DNA of 64,000 bases from positions 1 through 64,000 of the forward strand of contig CAZJVP010000018.1 in the NCBI GenBank assembly GCA_964549615.1, given 5' to 3'. Position numbers and translations under genes: made by a program. Below, piece by piece: positions 40,473-50,649 of this stretch. The stretch is from an uncultured Thermococci archaeon. Its GTDB lineage: Archaea > CAYQAE01 > CAYVLA01. The notes beneath the pieces were generated by a model. The model saw only the letters and a list, made by a program, of their open reading frames with translations, made no database searches and was not told the DNA's origin. Within the stretch, counting starts at the first letter, position 1, and each line of letters begins with the position of its first letter.

Positions 40473-41854
40473 TTCTTTTCAAGGAAGGACGGGATGGATG
40501 AGGAATCCAGCGGACCCACGAGAACATCAAAGCCTGTCGCATCCTCTATGTCTCCCCTGAGCCTTGCCGCCATGCCTGGGATGATCAGGGTCTTGTGATC
40601 GATCTTGCTCTTGACATCGTATTTCTGGATCGCGTCGGCCACCTTCTTGGCGTCCAGCTGGCCACCCGCCACCGAGGACTGTACGCCAATGCCCTCCGTG
40701 TCCACGACCAGGAGGCGGCAGGACAAATTGGCGGCCTGGATGTCGGATTCCACGGTGTAGAAGGTCAAGGCAAAGTTCGTCGTCAGCAACAACGGCGCAC
40801 TACGGTCGGGCGCTCCGTACTCCTTCAGGCCGGGCTCCACGGCCACCGGCCTCCGGGGATCCGTGTAGATGTTTTGGCGGAGGGTGAGGACCGCAAGATG
40901 GGCCCACGGTTCCATCGTCTTCAGCACCAGAAGGTCGGCGTACCTTCCGATGAGCGCGGAGGCCAGCATGGCCTCCCTAAGCGATTTCTCAGCCTCGTCG
41001 CCCTCATCCATCCACACGCTTGCGGGAACGCCCATCAAGGGGTACCCAACGATCTCCTGCTCGCCTTCAATGGCCGCGATCCTGAGCTTGGCGAAGTCTT
41101 GGATGGTGGAACCAAGTCCCGCCGAATACGGGTATGTCCCAGGGTCAAGGACGATGTCAGTAACACCGGCGGATCTCACCTTCGAGATGATCCTCACCAA
41201 CCCGTCCAGGGAGCCGGACGAAACCGCAAGCGGGCAGCGGTGCTTGGTTGCCAGGCTCGCCATCTGCTCCCAGTTCTCCTCGGCAGCCGCATAGAGGAGG
41301 GGACGGTTCGGCCCCACTTCCTCCAAGGCCGCCTCCAATTCCTTGGGATTCAGACTGCACAGGATGAGAGGCTTGCCCGAGGCAGCGCAGAGCTTGGCCG
41401 ACTTCGCGAAGCGCTCCGGATCTCCGCTTGCGCACCTTACGGCGATCAAGTCCAAGGTGAGCACCTCCCCAACCCTCTCAAACCTGACGCTTGCGATCGC
41501 CCTTGCACGTTCGGAGATCTGCTCCGGGGTCAACTCATCAGCCACCTCCACCGCTAGCGCAGTCCTGTTGTAGTACGTGAGCTCGTGACGCCGGACCACC
41601 TCCTGGCCTCCAACCAACACGCCCTTGTCCTCCGTGCCGATCAGCACCTGGCGAACCGGCGGTCTCAGGAGGTCCTCAAGCTCCCGCCTTAGCCCGTCAT
41701 ATTTGGCCTCCAGCAGAGGCGGACAGTCCGCCACCTTCACCTTCCTGTCGATTAGGCTTGACGCGAAGGCCATGCAAGTCTTCTGGGCACACAAGGCACA
41801 GTTGGTCTTCGGAAGATATCTGTAGATCGTAAGCGGAGTCGTGTTCTTTTTCAT
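40457..41854 (-). CDS. cdhE: ACDS gamma subunit (corrinoid Fe-S protein, large)
   Basis: LPKTNCALC..TCMAFA..CP, RQNIYTDP, TTNFALT. Confidence 0.96.
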   Translation of the reverse strand: MKKNTTPLTIYRYLPKTNCALCAQKTCMAFASSLIDRKVKVADCPPLLEAKYDGLRRELEDLLRPPVRQVLIGTEDKGVLVGGQEVVRRHELTYYNRTALAVEVADELTPEQISERARAIASVRFERVGEVLTLDLIAVRCASGDPERFAKSAKLCAASGKPLILCSLNPKELEAALEEVGPNRPLLYAAAEENWEQMASLATKHRCPLAVSSGSLDGLVRIISKVRSAGVTDIVLDPGTYPYSAGLGSTIQDFAKLRIAAIEGEQEIVGYPLMGVPASVWMDEGDEAEKSLREAMLASALIGRYADLLVLKTMEPWAHLAVLTLRQNIYTDPRRPVAVEPGLKEYGAPDRSAPLLLTTNFALTFYTVESDIQAANLSCRLLVVDTEGIGVQSSVAGGQLDAKKVADAIQKYDVKSKIDHKTLIIPGMAARLRGDIEDATGFDVLVGPLDSSSIPSFLEKKWKKQ

Positions 41855-41872
41855 CTTGCACCCTCACCTTCT

Positions 41873-43066
41873 CTATATCCCCACGACCCATGACCGTGGA
41901 TCCATCTTCCTACTGGGGTTGCCAGAGAACATCGCGGACAGCACATCCTTGTAAAGCTTGACGGCCAGCGGGTGAAGCATCATGCACAGGTCCGCACCTG
42001 CCAGTGTCAGAGTCAATGCCTGAACGGCTTCCCAGATCGGGCCCCTGTACTTCCTATCCCCCCACTCATCCTTCTTCTTCCAAGACTCCCTTGCTCCCCA
42101 CGCGTTGGTCACGCCCAGGCTAATTGGCATCTGGAGCGAGGCATCCCCTTTCAGGCCTGCAAGTCGGATCCTCTCTGTCACTGAGAAGCTGTAGTCTATC
42201 CCGTATCCAAGGGCGCCTGATGTCGGATCGATGATTATATGGTCCTTGGGCACACCGAAGTCCAGCAGCTTCTGGTTGAGCGATTTCTGCATGTTGACGT
42301 CCAAGTCAGTCCAGGAGAGCACGTTGTGGCCATAGTCGATCGCCGCCTGCGAGACTTTCTTCCAATCCTGGGACAGCGTCGCAGACGCCAACATCACCCT
42401 TTCCCCCGCAGCGGCTTCGGCTGCCTTCTCGAGGACCAGAGGGTCGTTCTCAGGATTCCCGGACCCGCCCACCGCGATCGGGAGATGCGTTGCCTTCAGA
42501 ACATCCCCAACGACCTCGGCAGCCTCCTCAGGGGTCTTGTACAGCTCCTTTCCTCCCTCAACTTTCAGGAGCAGCGGATCCGTGCTGACGAGGTGAAGGG
42601 TGATCATCTCGGCCTTGAGTTCTTCCTCACAGAACCTGGCCCACTTGCAGGGATCGTCCCAGACCGGGGAGTAGACCTTCCTCTGTTCCAAGGCAAACTG
42701 CGGTTGGGGCATGTCGAATACGTCGTAGGTAACGACCGGCCGATTGGGCATCGCCCCCTCCATGGGGTAGAACGGCGGAGCGGTCTCGCCGCCCAGCTCC
42801 ACGACCGATCCCCGGGTCCCTCCGTCGGCCTTGGTAGCCCCGATCGTGACCTCTTCGATCCTCCCTTTGAACTCCTCGGGCTTGAACTCAAACCTTGCCT
42901 CTTCGGCGGCCCTGACTTCTTTGGCCACCTCCGGAACGATTCCCAGCCTGCCCGCTGACGGCAAGAGGTCAAGCTCAAGCCTATCCAGCTCGATCGTCAC
43001 GTTCTGAAGCTCGATCTGCTCCAGTTTCTCGAGAGCCCGCAGAAGCTTCTCGATGTCAAGACTCAC
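41873..43066 (-). CDS. cdhD: ACDS delta subunit (corrinoid Fe-S protein, small)
   Basis: GGSGNPENDP, DPTSGALGYG, ERIRLAGLKGD, NAWGARE. Confidence 0.96.
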   Translation of the reverse strand: MSLDIEKLLRALEKLEQIELQNVTIELDRLELDLLPSAGRLGIVPEVAKEVRAAEEARFEFKPEEFKGRIEEVTIGATKADGGTRGSVVELGGETAPPFYPMEGAMPNRPVVTYDVFDMPQPQFALEQRKVYSPVWDDPCKWARFCEEELKAEMITLHLVSTDPLLLKVEGGKELYKTPEEAAEVVGDVLKATHLPIAVGGSGNPENDPLVLEKAAEAAAGERVMLASATLSQDWKKVSQAAIDYGHNVLSWTDLDVNMQKSLNQKLLDFGVPKDHIIIDPTSGALGYGIDYSFSVTERIRLAGLKGDASLQMPISLGVTNAWGARESWKKKDEWGDRKYRGPIWEAVQALTLTLAGADLCMMLHPLAVKLYKDVLSAMFSGNPSRKMDPRSWVVGI

Positions 43067-43824
43067 TTGCGACCCTCCAAGATCTTGCCCACAACGAAGC
43101 CTTTGACGGCGGAAAGGGCCTTGGAGGCGGGGTCCAAGGTGAATACGGACCTGCCCTCCCTGTCCGCCGTGGATACCTCGCTATCCTCGGGTATGATTGC
43201 ATCGATGCTGAGTCCGACCTGGGAGGCCATCCTCGCAAGATCCTCCCTACCATCGTTCACCCTGTTGGCTATCAGGTGGAACCTTCCGAACCTGGATCCG
43301 AGACTCTCAGCCAGCTTCATCATACGCTTCGCCGTTCTGAACCCCTTTAGGGAGAAGTCCGTGACTATGATGGCTTCGTCCACTGAACCGGCGGTCCTGC
43401 GACTGATGTGCTCAAGTCCGGCCTCGGCGTCGATGACCACATAACGATATGAATTCGCCAAGGAGTCCAAGAGGTTTCGGAGGATGTTGTTGACTGCGCA
43501 GTAGCATCCTGGACCTTCGGGCCTACCCATCGCGAGGAGGTCGAATTTGTCCCCCTCGACCAGGATCTCGAAGATTCTGGACTCTAGCCAGATCCGCTTA
43601 TCAACCTCCGGCCCCATTCGCCTTTGCTCGCGGGATAGCTCCTCTCTGATGTCCCCCAAGGTCGATCCAACGCTCACCCCCAGAGTCTCCCCGAGGTTTG
43701 AATCCGGATCGGCATCCACGGCGAGAATGGGGGCCTCCGCGCCCTCCTCTATCAGGGACCGCACGATCAGACCGGCAACTATCGTCTTGCCGGTTCCGCC
43801 TTTCCCCGCCACAAGTATGCGCAT
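43063..43824 (-). CDS. cooC: CooC/AcsF nickel-insertion ATPase
   Basis: GKGGTGKT, DADPDSNL, GPGCYCAVN, DAEAGLEHISR. Confidence 0.92.
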   Translation of the reverse strand: MRILVAGKGGTGKTIVAGLIVRSLIEEGAEAPILAVDADPDSNLGETLGVSVGSTLGDIREELSREQRRMGPEVDKRIWLESRIFEILVEGDKFDLLAMGRPEGPGCYCAVNNILRNLLDSLANSYRYVVIDAEAGLEHISRRTAGSVDEAIIVTDFSLKGFRTAKRMMKLAESLGSRFGRFHLIANRVNDGREDLARMASQVGLSIDAIIPEDSEVSTADREGRSVFTLDPASKALSAVKGFVVGKILEGRK

Positions 43825-43829
43825 GGGCC

Positions 43830-45200
43830 CTACTTTCCTCCCCTCCTAACGATGATGCGTTCGGCCTGTATTCGGGCGTTCTCGAGGATTATCCTGATCC
43901 CGGATCCCGCCGGCCAGCCGACGGCTTCCGCGGGCAGCTCCATCCTAGGAGCCACCAGCGCCTCCTCAGCCGCTTCCTTCCCCTCCTTCCATCGACCAAC
44001 CACAGGATGGCCACGCTGTCTGAGCGCTTCCTTGAGGCCCTCGATGTTGGCAACTTCTCTCTCCGTCGGGATCTTGTCTCTGAGATCTTCGGGGATCGCT
44101 TCTAGGACTGCCTCCTTGGTCCGGCTGGGAAGCCAGACGATCCGATTCCATCCCCCATCAGCTTGCAGGAACTTGGGTGAGCGCATGTACTCTATCGCCA
44201 TGCCCAGAAAGCCGTGGCTCTGTTTCCCCCCTCCAACCTGCGTCGCCATGGCCGAGAAGGTAAGGCCATTGACGGCCTCTCCCTGGAAATCCCTGGGCAC
44301 TATCCCTATCCCGTCAACCTCGGGGATGTAGAAGGCGATGGACTCGAAGCACCCGCAACTTGTGTGTGGATAGTCGAAGATGCTGTGCATATAGACCCTT
44401 TCCACCTCGCCCAAGGATCTCTCCTTGGTCACCGCGTTTATGCCCGAGTACTCTCCCGTCAGATCGTTGAGAAGCTCGCCTTTCGGAATCCGAAAGTTTG
44501 GCCCCTTGGGGTCAACCCTTGATGCAGCTCGAGCATCAAACCAGGTTATCGCGCCGCACAGAGCGATCCTGGTTGGCGTAATTGTGCAGACGTGAGTGGG
44601 GGCGAAGCTTTGACAAAGGACGCACCCGTAGAACTCATCAACGTCCTCGTCCCTCAGCGCCCGGGCCCTGGCATCCCGCGCCTTGTAGATCTCCATGGCC
44701 CTCTTCTGGAACTCCACGATCTCTTTGTCTTCGGTGAAGAAGGTAAATGAGATCTTCTCCGCTATCGGAAGCTCGGCCTTGAACAGCTTGATCAGGGCCA
44801 TGCCCAGGTATCTCAGGCTGTTGAACCCCTTCGCATACGCTTTCTTGCTGAGGCGACACCAGATGTCGTACCTTTGGTTCAGATGCATGAATCCCTCAAT
44901 GTAGTTGCAGAACTCGTGGATCCGCCTTTCCAGCACCGCTTCCAGATCCTTCTCGATCTGCTCGCCGGCAACCTCCATGAGAATCCCAAAGTTGTAGTGC
45001 CCTCCCTCCTCCATCTGCGAGAGGTCGGGCCCGATGATGGTCACCTTTCCGTCCTCGACCTCCGAGAGCTCCTTGGCTTGGGTGAGCTCGGCCTTGTACT
45101 TGACCTTCGGCCCACCGAGCTCGACGTACATGTCGGGGGTCCGAATTCGCTCTCCCTCGTAGATCATGCCCATCTCAAAGGGTAGCTCTGAAGACTCCAT
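43830..45200 (-). CDS. cdhC: ACDS beta subunit (acetyl-CoA synthase)
   Basis: YEGERIR, FYGCVLCQSFAPTHVC, LCGA, PHTSCGCFE, DGGWNRIVW. Confidence 0.97.
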   Translation of the reverse strand: MESSELPFEMGMIYEGERIRTPDMYVELGGPKVKYKAELTQAKELSEVEDGKVTIIGPDLSQMEEGGHYNFGILMEVAGEQIEKDLEAVLERRIHEFCNYIEGFMHLNQRYDIWCRLSKKAYAKGFNSLRYLGMALIKLFKAELPIAEKISFTFFTEDKEIVEFQKRAMEIYKARDARARALRDEDVDEFYGCVLCQSFAPTHVCTITPTRIALCGAITWFDARAASRVDPKGPNFRIPKGELLNDLTGEYSGINAVTKERSLGEVERVYMHSIFDYPHTSCGCFESIAFYIPEVDGIGIVPRDFQGEAVNGLTFSAMATQVGGGKQSHGFLGMAIEYMRSPKFLQADGGWNRIVWLPSRTKEAVLEAIPEDLRDKIPTEREVANIEGLKEALRQRGHPVVGRWKEGKEAAEEALVAPRMELPAEAVGWPAGSGIRIILENARIQAERIIVRRGGK

Positions 45201-45724
45201 TACTCCTCACCCCTAAGAAGGCCGGCAAGCCTCTGCATCTGCGCATGCCACGTAGCCGGGACCAGGTTCGAGAAGGAATACCTCGCGTTAGGCTGGTAGT
45301 GTCTTCCAAGGCTAACGGTTCCTACCCCGCGCCCAAAGTGCTTCATCAATGAGAACATCTGCGACGCGTAGTAGTAATCCATGCCTAGAAAGATGACCAG
45401 ATCGTAGGCGCCTTTTCCATCGAACCCCTGCCAGTCGGGGTCCCTTAACCTGTCCATTACCTCCAGCACATTCATGTACACGTCCGGCTTCACCCCACTG
45501 GCGACCGCCATCAGCGGCCTGGTTCTCGGTGAGGCGACGAGGCTTGAACTCGGTATTGCCCTGACGACGGATAGCATCGCCCCGTCATCTGAGATCTCCG
45601 GCCCCAAGACGGTTAGGATGCGCCTCGCCCTGGATATGATCTTGCTCATCCTGTCCGCGTCAGCCACCACGGCCCTTACGTGCCCGGGATCATTTCCAAG
45701 AAACCAAGGCGTCGACTCCGACAT
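45200..45724 (-). CDS. cdhB: ACDS epsilon subunit
   Basis: LRDPDWQGFDGKGAYDLVIFLG..YY, HYQPNARYSFSN. Confidence 0.94.
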   Translation of the reverse strand: MSESTPWFLGNDPGHVRAVVADADRMSKIISRARRILTVLGPEISDDGAMLSVVRAIPSSSLVASPRTRPLMAVASGVKPDVYMNVLEVMDRLRDPDWQGFDGKGAYDLVIFLGMDYYYASQMFSLMKHFGRGVGTVSLGRHYQPNARYSFSNLVPATWHAQMQRLAGLLRGEE

Positions 45725-45727
45725 GGA

Positions 45728-48055
45728 TCATCTGCCTCTCACTAATCTTTCAAGCAAAGTGGGATCGGGGATCTTCCTGGGTTCCCAGTTTCTATCCTTC
45801 AACAGTTGAAGTATCTCAGTCTTCATCGTTATTGGGATGTCGGCCTGGGTTCTGACGAAAAGGTGCAGGTCCTCTGGCATCGATCCGAGGTACTTCCTGT
45901 GCAGGTCGACGTAATGGGTCAGCTTGATCTGCCGCCCTTTGCTTGTGTCGTTGGGCCTGATGCACAGCTTGGCCGCTGCAACTATGGCGTCCTCCTTCGA
46001 ATCCGCCACGTACAGGAGGTGAAGCGGCGCGGGCTCGGTTTGAATTCTCGACCCATCGCGGGCATCATAGACCCACCAGTCCTCGTTCTTGTCCTGTCTA
46101 CCGACGTACGTCCTCCGGTACTTCGAAGCCTGGCTGCTGACAATGGCCGGGATGCCCAGCCGGTTGAACCCGGTCGCTATGGATGCCGCCTTCTGGGACA
46201 TCGCCCCCCAAGCTATGCCGACGGCGCCTACCCTGTTGAGGACGTAGTCGGCTATCTCCTCGAAATTGCCCCTCAGACGCCTCCCTGCGAATATGCTGGC
46301 GACCTTTATCGCGGCTCCCGAGATGTGGGCATTCGCGACGCACGATCCCACGTTGCACAGGCAGCCTCCGTCGAAGTCCCCTGGGTATCTTTCGTAAAGG
46401 CTCTTGCCTTCCTCATCCGCGTATGTCGCAAGATCCATCGCCGAGCAGCCGGACGCGGTCACGATGTATCTGCGATCAAGAAAGATCCTTGCCATCTCGC
46501 CTATCTCCTTGTATCCCCCTGGATAGTTCGGACAGCCGACGAAAGCGACCACCCCCGGGATCTCCCCCAGGACTATTGGCGCTCCGACCTTTCTGATCTC
46601 AACGTCCTGGATGGGTCCCCTGCCAGCCCGGAGTTTGAACTTCTCCTTGCTGATCCTGCCGGATGCACCCTCATTTATCATGTTGATTATGGGCATGTGT
46701 TGAGGGCAGGCCGATTCGCAGCGGGCACAGCCCGTGCAGCGCTCGTAGAACTCCTCGAAGAGGGAGAAATCCCCTTCGGCCGCCCTTGCCATCGCCTTCG
46801 GGATGTCCAAGTTGCTTTGACACTCCCTAACGCACGCCTCGCACTCGGTGCACCTAACGGCCATGGAGGAGAGGCGCTCCGCGTCGAGCTTCTTCCCATG
46901 TCCTTTCTTGTGCAGCTCAATTGCAGTCCTTACGGCCACCTCGCCGGCCTTTGCCTCATCTGTAATGAGCGCGCCGGGGGCCTTGTCCTGAACAAGGTCC
47001 CGCACTATCTCGTCCGCAGGATCATTCGTCCTATCCTGAAGTCCGTAGCAGATCTTGGCCGTGGTTGCGATCACCGGGGTTTTAAGTTTCTTGGCCTCCT
47101 CAAGAACATCGGCTCTCACGCATTGCTCATCGACGATTATGACATCGGCTATCCCCATTCGGATGAACCTTAGTTGCTTGGAGAGCGGGCCGATCACCTT
47201 GGTGGCCTTGCTGTACCTTGAGAGATCCAGGGCAGTGCAGCAGATGCCCGCAACCTCCACATCCTCCTGCAGCCCATTCCTCTCAAGGTACTCTATGACC
47301 TCTGCACCGGGCAGGACGCTATGACCTATGGCTAGGATCACGGGCTTTGCCGGGTCGATGCAGCCCAGCCCTATGTCCACGAGGGGCGCATCGGCGTCCC
47401 CTTTGGGATAGGGAAGCGCCACGACCTGGGCGAGGTCGGCAATTTCCATGAACATGTGGTCAATCATACTTATGTGAAGGGATTTGGACTCGAAGTCCAT
47501 GTAGCTTCCCTCCTGCCCGGTGTGCGTGGCCGATAGGAGATCCATCAGCTGGCGCTCCCCGTATTCCAAAGGGGGCAGTAGGTCGGCCAGGGTGGTGGGC
47601 TTGCTGCCATGTATCAGACGCACGAGCGGCGCCTCGACCTGGATCTTGTCGCCAAGGTTGATAGGGTGGCCGGGGCCGTATTTCTCCACGAGCCTCTCCA
47701 CCAACTCCCTGGCGTGAGCGCCGTGGGCAGACGCACCGATGCAGCATGCGAGAAGTATGATCCTTCCCTGCTGGCTTTCTATGTCAAGGCCGCAGGCACC
47801 CTTCTTGCCGTTGGAGAGATCGCATTTCCCGTAGGTGCAGAGGCAGCACATGTCGCAGAATGGGGCATACATGGGCCTGTACCGCGACAGCAGCTTCCGG
47901 TCCCATTCCCTCAGATCCAAAGGACCCGGAGCCGGCGTCGGGCCGCAGACCTCTTCCCATTCTTCGACCAGGACCTTTCCGACCTTTATCTCCAGCCCTC
48001 TGATCCTTCCAAAAGAGGTGACTACCTCATCGGCCTTAATTCTCGCTGCGCTCAT
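45728..48055 (-). CDS. cdhA: ACDS alpha subunit (Ni-CO dehydrogenase)
   Basis: CDMCCLCTYGKC, GICCT, DEQC, two extra CxxCxxC ferredoxin motifs, VGCPNY, GSCVANAH. Confidence 0.97.
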   Translation of the reverse strand: MSAARIKADEVVTSFGRIRGLEIKVGKVLVEEWEEVCGPTPAPGPLDLREWDRKLLSRYRPMYAPFCDMCCLCTYGKCDLSNGKKGACGLDIESQQGRIILLACCIGASAHGAHARELVERLVEKYGPGHPINLGDKIQVEAPLVRLIHGSKPTTLADLLPPLEYGERQLMDLLSATHTGQEGSYMDFESKSLHISMIDHMFMEIADLAQVVALPYPKGDADAPLVDIGLGCIDPAKPVILAIGHSVLPGAEVIEYLERNGLQEDVEVAGICCTALDLSRYSKATKVIGPLSKQLRFIRMGIADVIIVDEQCVRADVLEEAKKLKTPVIATTAKICYGLQDRTNDPADEIVRDLVQDKAPGALITDEAKAGEVAVRTAIELHKKGHGKKLDAERLSSMAVRCTECEACVRECQSNLDIPKAMARAAEGDFSLFEEFYERCTGCARCESACPQHMPIINMINEGASGRISKEKFKLRAGRGPIQDVEIRKVGAPIVLGEIPGVVAFVGCPNYPGGYKEIGEMARIFLDRRYIVTASGCSAMDLATYADEEGKSLYERYPGDFDGGCLCNVGSCVANAHISGAAIKVASIFAGRRLRGNFEEIADYVLNRVGAVGIAWGAMSQKAASIATGFNRLGIPAIVSSQASKYRRTYVGRQDKNEDWWVYDARDGSRIQTEPAPLHLLYVADSKEDAIVAAAKLCIRPNDTSKGRQIKLTHYVDLHRKYLGSMPEDLHLFVRTQADIPITMKTEILQLLKDRNWEPRKIPDPTLLERLVRGR

Positions 48056-49188
48056 CCCTCCCCACCTTCCTCCTCAACGGGCACCTCTGCAGACCTGAAC
48101 GGCAAGGCCGACTCCTTTCTCATCAGATCGAAAAGCTTCAGATTGCCCCTGTACCGTTTGGACCTAGACATCCTCCTGAGCGTTTTCGGCTTCGTCGGCC
48201 TTGCCGTCTCCAAGATTCCATCCTTGACGAGCGCATTCAAGATCTCCTCGCCCCTTTGTGTTCTGGCAATCACCGTGCACCAACCATCTGCAGCGCCGAC
48301 GGCCCCAACCGACACGTCCGCAAACTCGGCGGTGAAGTCGCGGCAAGCAAGGCATCCAGGGTTGATCACCGATTTCATCTCGGGAAGCGGGATCTCCACG
48401 AATTGGCTTCCCGCTTGCACTTTGAAGTTGCCTTTTATGTTGAGCTTCGTGATCGTCTTCGGGTCCACCCCCCTTTCCGGCAGGAAGGTGGTCACCATCT
48501 TCTCGCAGAAGTTCTCGCTGCAAAAGATCCCAACGAGGAGCGCCACCCTCTGGGTGAGGCTCTTGAGTCCACCGAACTCCAACTTCCTGAAGGCTGCTAG
48601 GTGGCACGGCAGGCCAACGAGGGCCACGCTCTCCAGCTTCTCCTGCCGGGCCCACCTCAAGGCCACTAGGTTAGGCGACAGGTTGTATTTCGATTTCGAT
48701 GCCTGCCTTGCCTCCTCCCAGCTCCTTGCCAGGAACGGCGACCCAATAAAGCTCTCATCGGCCTTGCAGACGATCGCCCCATCTATCCTTTTCTTCTCGA
48801 AGGCGTACTTGAGGATGGCCGAAACAACCCCCCCGTCCTGAGCCCGGCCTACAACCTCCGGATCGACCGCCCTTGCAGCAATAATCTGGACATGGTACCC
48901 GAGCTCGTCCTTCTCGCCCCTGAAGAGCCTGCTCTCGATCTCCTCGGTGTACATGAAACTCCTGGGACAATGAATGGCGCAAAGCCCGCAGGTTATGCAT
49001 TTCGCGCTGCCCTTCATCACCGGGAGCCCGTCGCGGCCAAACTCGATGACGTTTCGCGGGCAGACGGCCGAGCAAGCACCGCAACCGGAGCACAGGTCTC
49101 TCAGGACCACCTCATTCACCAGTCCCTGGAAGCCCTGCTCCCTCATCCTCAACGTGAAACTCTCGATTGCCTGCTCATCCGTTTCCAA
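48052..49188 (-). CDS. FrhB/FdhB/FpoF-family F420-binding FAD subunit with N-terminal 2x[4Fe-4S]
   Basis: CSGCGACSAVCP, CITCGLCAIHCPR, AQDGGVVSA, SKY, VGLPCH, GIFCSENF, GCLACRDFTAEFADVSVG; TTG49188 follows an AGGTGG RBS. Confidence 0.92.
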   Translation of the reverse strand: METDEQAIESFTLRMREQGFQGLVNEVVLRDLCSGCGACSAVCPRNVIEFGRDGLPVMKGSAKCITCGLCAIHCPRSFMYTEEIESRLFRGEKDELGYHVQIIAARAVDPEVVGRAQDGGVVSAILKYAFEKKRIDGAIVCKADESFIGSPFLARSWEEARQASKSKYNLSPNLVALRWARQEKLESVALVGLPCHLAAFRKLEFGGLKSLTQRVALLVGIFCSENFCEKMVTTFLPERGVDPKTITKLNIKGNFKVQAGSQFVEIPLPEMKSVINPGCLACRDFTAEFADVSVGAVGAADGWCTVIARTQRGEEILNALVKDGILETARPTKPKTLRRMSRSKRYRGNLKLFDLMRKESALPFRSAEVPVEEEGGEG

Positions 49189-49969
49189 TGGAATCCACCT
49201 TCCCGACCAGCTTCTCGGCAAGCCCCTCGATGGCTGATACTGCCTTGCTCTCGGGGTGAGCATCGATCAGGGCCTTCCCCTTCATCTGGGCGTCGATCAC
49301 GCATTCATCGTGGGGAACAATCTGAAGTATCTCAAATCCGCTGAGGGAATCCACTACGAATCTTTGCTCGGCTCCGTTCCTCACCTTGTTCGCAACAATG
49401 GCCTGCCTCAAGCCGAGCTGATCCGCAAGGGCACCGATTCGTTTGGCCGTCATTATCCCCGGAACCGTTGGTTCAACGATTATAAGGAGGAGGTCAGCGT
49501 ACCTCGCGGTCCCCCTGCCCAAGTGTTCAATCCCCGCCTCCATGTCGACCACGACATGGTGTTCGTCGGCCAGCACCCTTCTCAGGAAGGCCTTGAGGAA
49601 AGCGTTGGCCGGACATGTGCACCCGCTCCCGGCGGACCTGATGGTTCCGAGCAGCACGAATCGCACTCCGTCAGGTCCCTCTATCGCCAGCTTCTGCGGG
49701 AGATCCGAGACCTTTGGGTTAGCCTTGAAGACTGCGCCTATGGAGTAGGGTTCGGCCCCCGTCCTTTCCCGGATCAACTCTTTCATATCAGACAGGGGCA
49801 GTAGGTCCGAGACCTGCTCGTCTGGGATCCCAAGGCTGGAATGGAGGTTGTAGTTGGCATCCGCGTCTATCGCAAGGACCTTCAGTCCTCGTCTGGCCAG
49901 CTGCCTCGTAAGGGTTCCAGCGATGACGGTTTTTCCGGTTCCTCCCTTGCCGCTGACGCACACCTTCAC
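49175..49969 (-). CDS. cooC: Second CooC/AcsF nickel-insertion ATPase
   Basis: GKGGTGKT, DADANYNL, GSGCTCPAN, DMEAGIEHLGRGT. Confidence 0.92.
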   Translation of the reverse strand: MKVCVSGKGGTGKTVIAGTLTRQLARRGLKVLAIDADANYNLHSSLGIPDEQVSDLLPLSDMKELIRERTGAEPYSIGAVFKANPKVSDLPQKLAIEGPDGVRFVLLGTIRSAGSGCTCPANAFLKAFLRRVLADEHHVVVDMEAGIEHLGRGTARYADLLLIIVEPTVPGIMTAKRIGALADQLGLRQAIVANKVRNGAEQRFVVDSLSGFEILQIVPHDECVIDAQMKGKALIDAHPESKAVSAIEGLAEKLVGKVDSIGNG

Positions 49970-50363
49970 GAGATACCCTTTCCTAGGCTATTGCGCAGCC
50001 GATCGGGCATAAATATCTCCTCCAAATATGAAAGTCTGCAACTTTCCGCGTGCGCCGTTCTTGCGGTTCCCGGCCACTCAACACCCGTCAGCCTCTCGGC
50101 TGCCCAGCCAAGGCTCGCGAAACGGGGGCACGATCCTTTTGAAATCATGAACGGGTTAATCAAGGTGGCACAGACGGCAGAACAGCCCCGGTCGTCTCTG
50201 CAATCATGCCGAGCTCGATCTCTCCGGCGCCAACGGCCGCAGCCACCTGATCAACGGGGGATGTCGTCACGGTCGTCCTCTCGGACGGCCTCGTCTGACG
50301 CGCTGCCTTGGCCGAAATCGGAGGAATCTTCGCCTGAATGCGTCAGCTCGGGAAGATGCTCCT

Positions 50364-50552
50364 GTGAAACCCGGAGAATTCCAGCATGTCGGTTCACCAC
50401 CTGTTTTCGACTATTTCAACAGAGACCTGGTGGATTCAGACTGCACAATTGGTTGTGCACTGGCCAGTCAATCTGTAAAGGACGCAGTCGCTAGGTGGAA
50501 GGAGAGGAAAAAAAGTAATCCACCGGCCGAGATCCCAAGCAAGACGGGCTGA
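50364..50552 (+). CDS. Possible small hypothetical protein (62 aa)
   Basis: ORF in an otherwise unassigned 680-bp gap; no family recognised. Confidence 0.3.
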   Translation: MKPGEFQHVGSPPVFDYFNRDLVDSDCTIGCALASQSVKDAVARWKERKKSNPPAEIPSKTG

Positions 50553-50649
50553 GGAAGGACCCTCTCTGCCCAGGTCTTGGAGATGGCCGACAACATCGAG
50601 GTTTTGGAGGTGGAGGTGATGCGCCCAATCCAGTCCTAGGGACCTTGGC

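Noticed and set aside
40595-48841. Long + strand ORFs (320, 455 and 410 aa) across the cdh operon
   Set aside because: Antisense shadows of cdhE, cdhA and the FrhB-like gene with no protein motifs.
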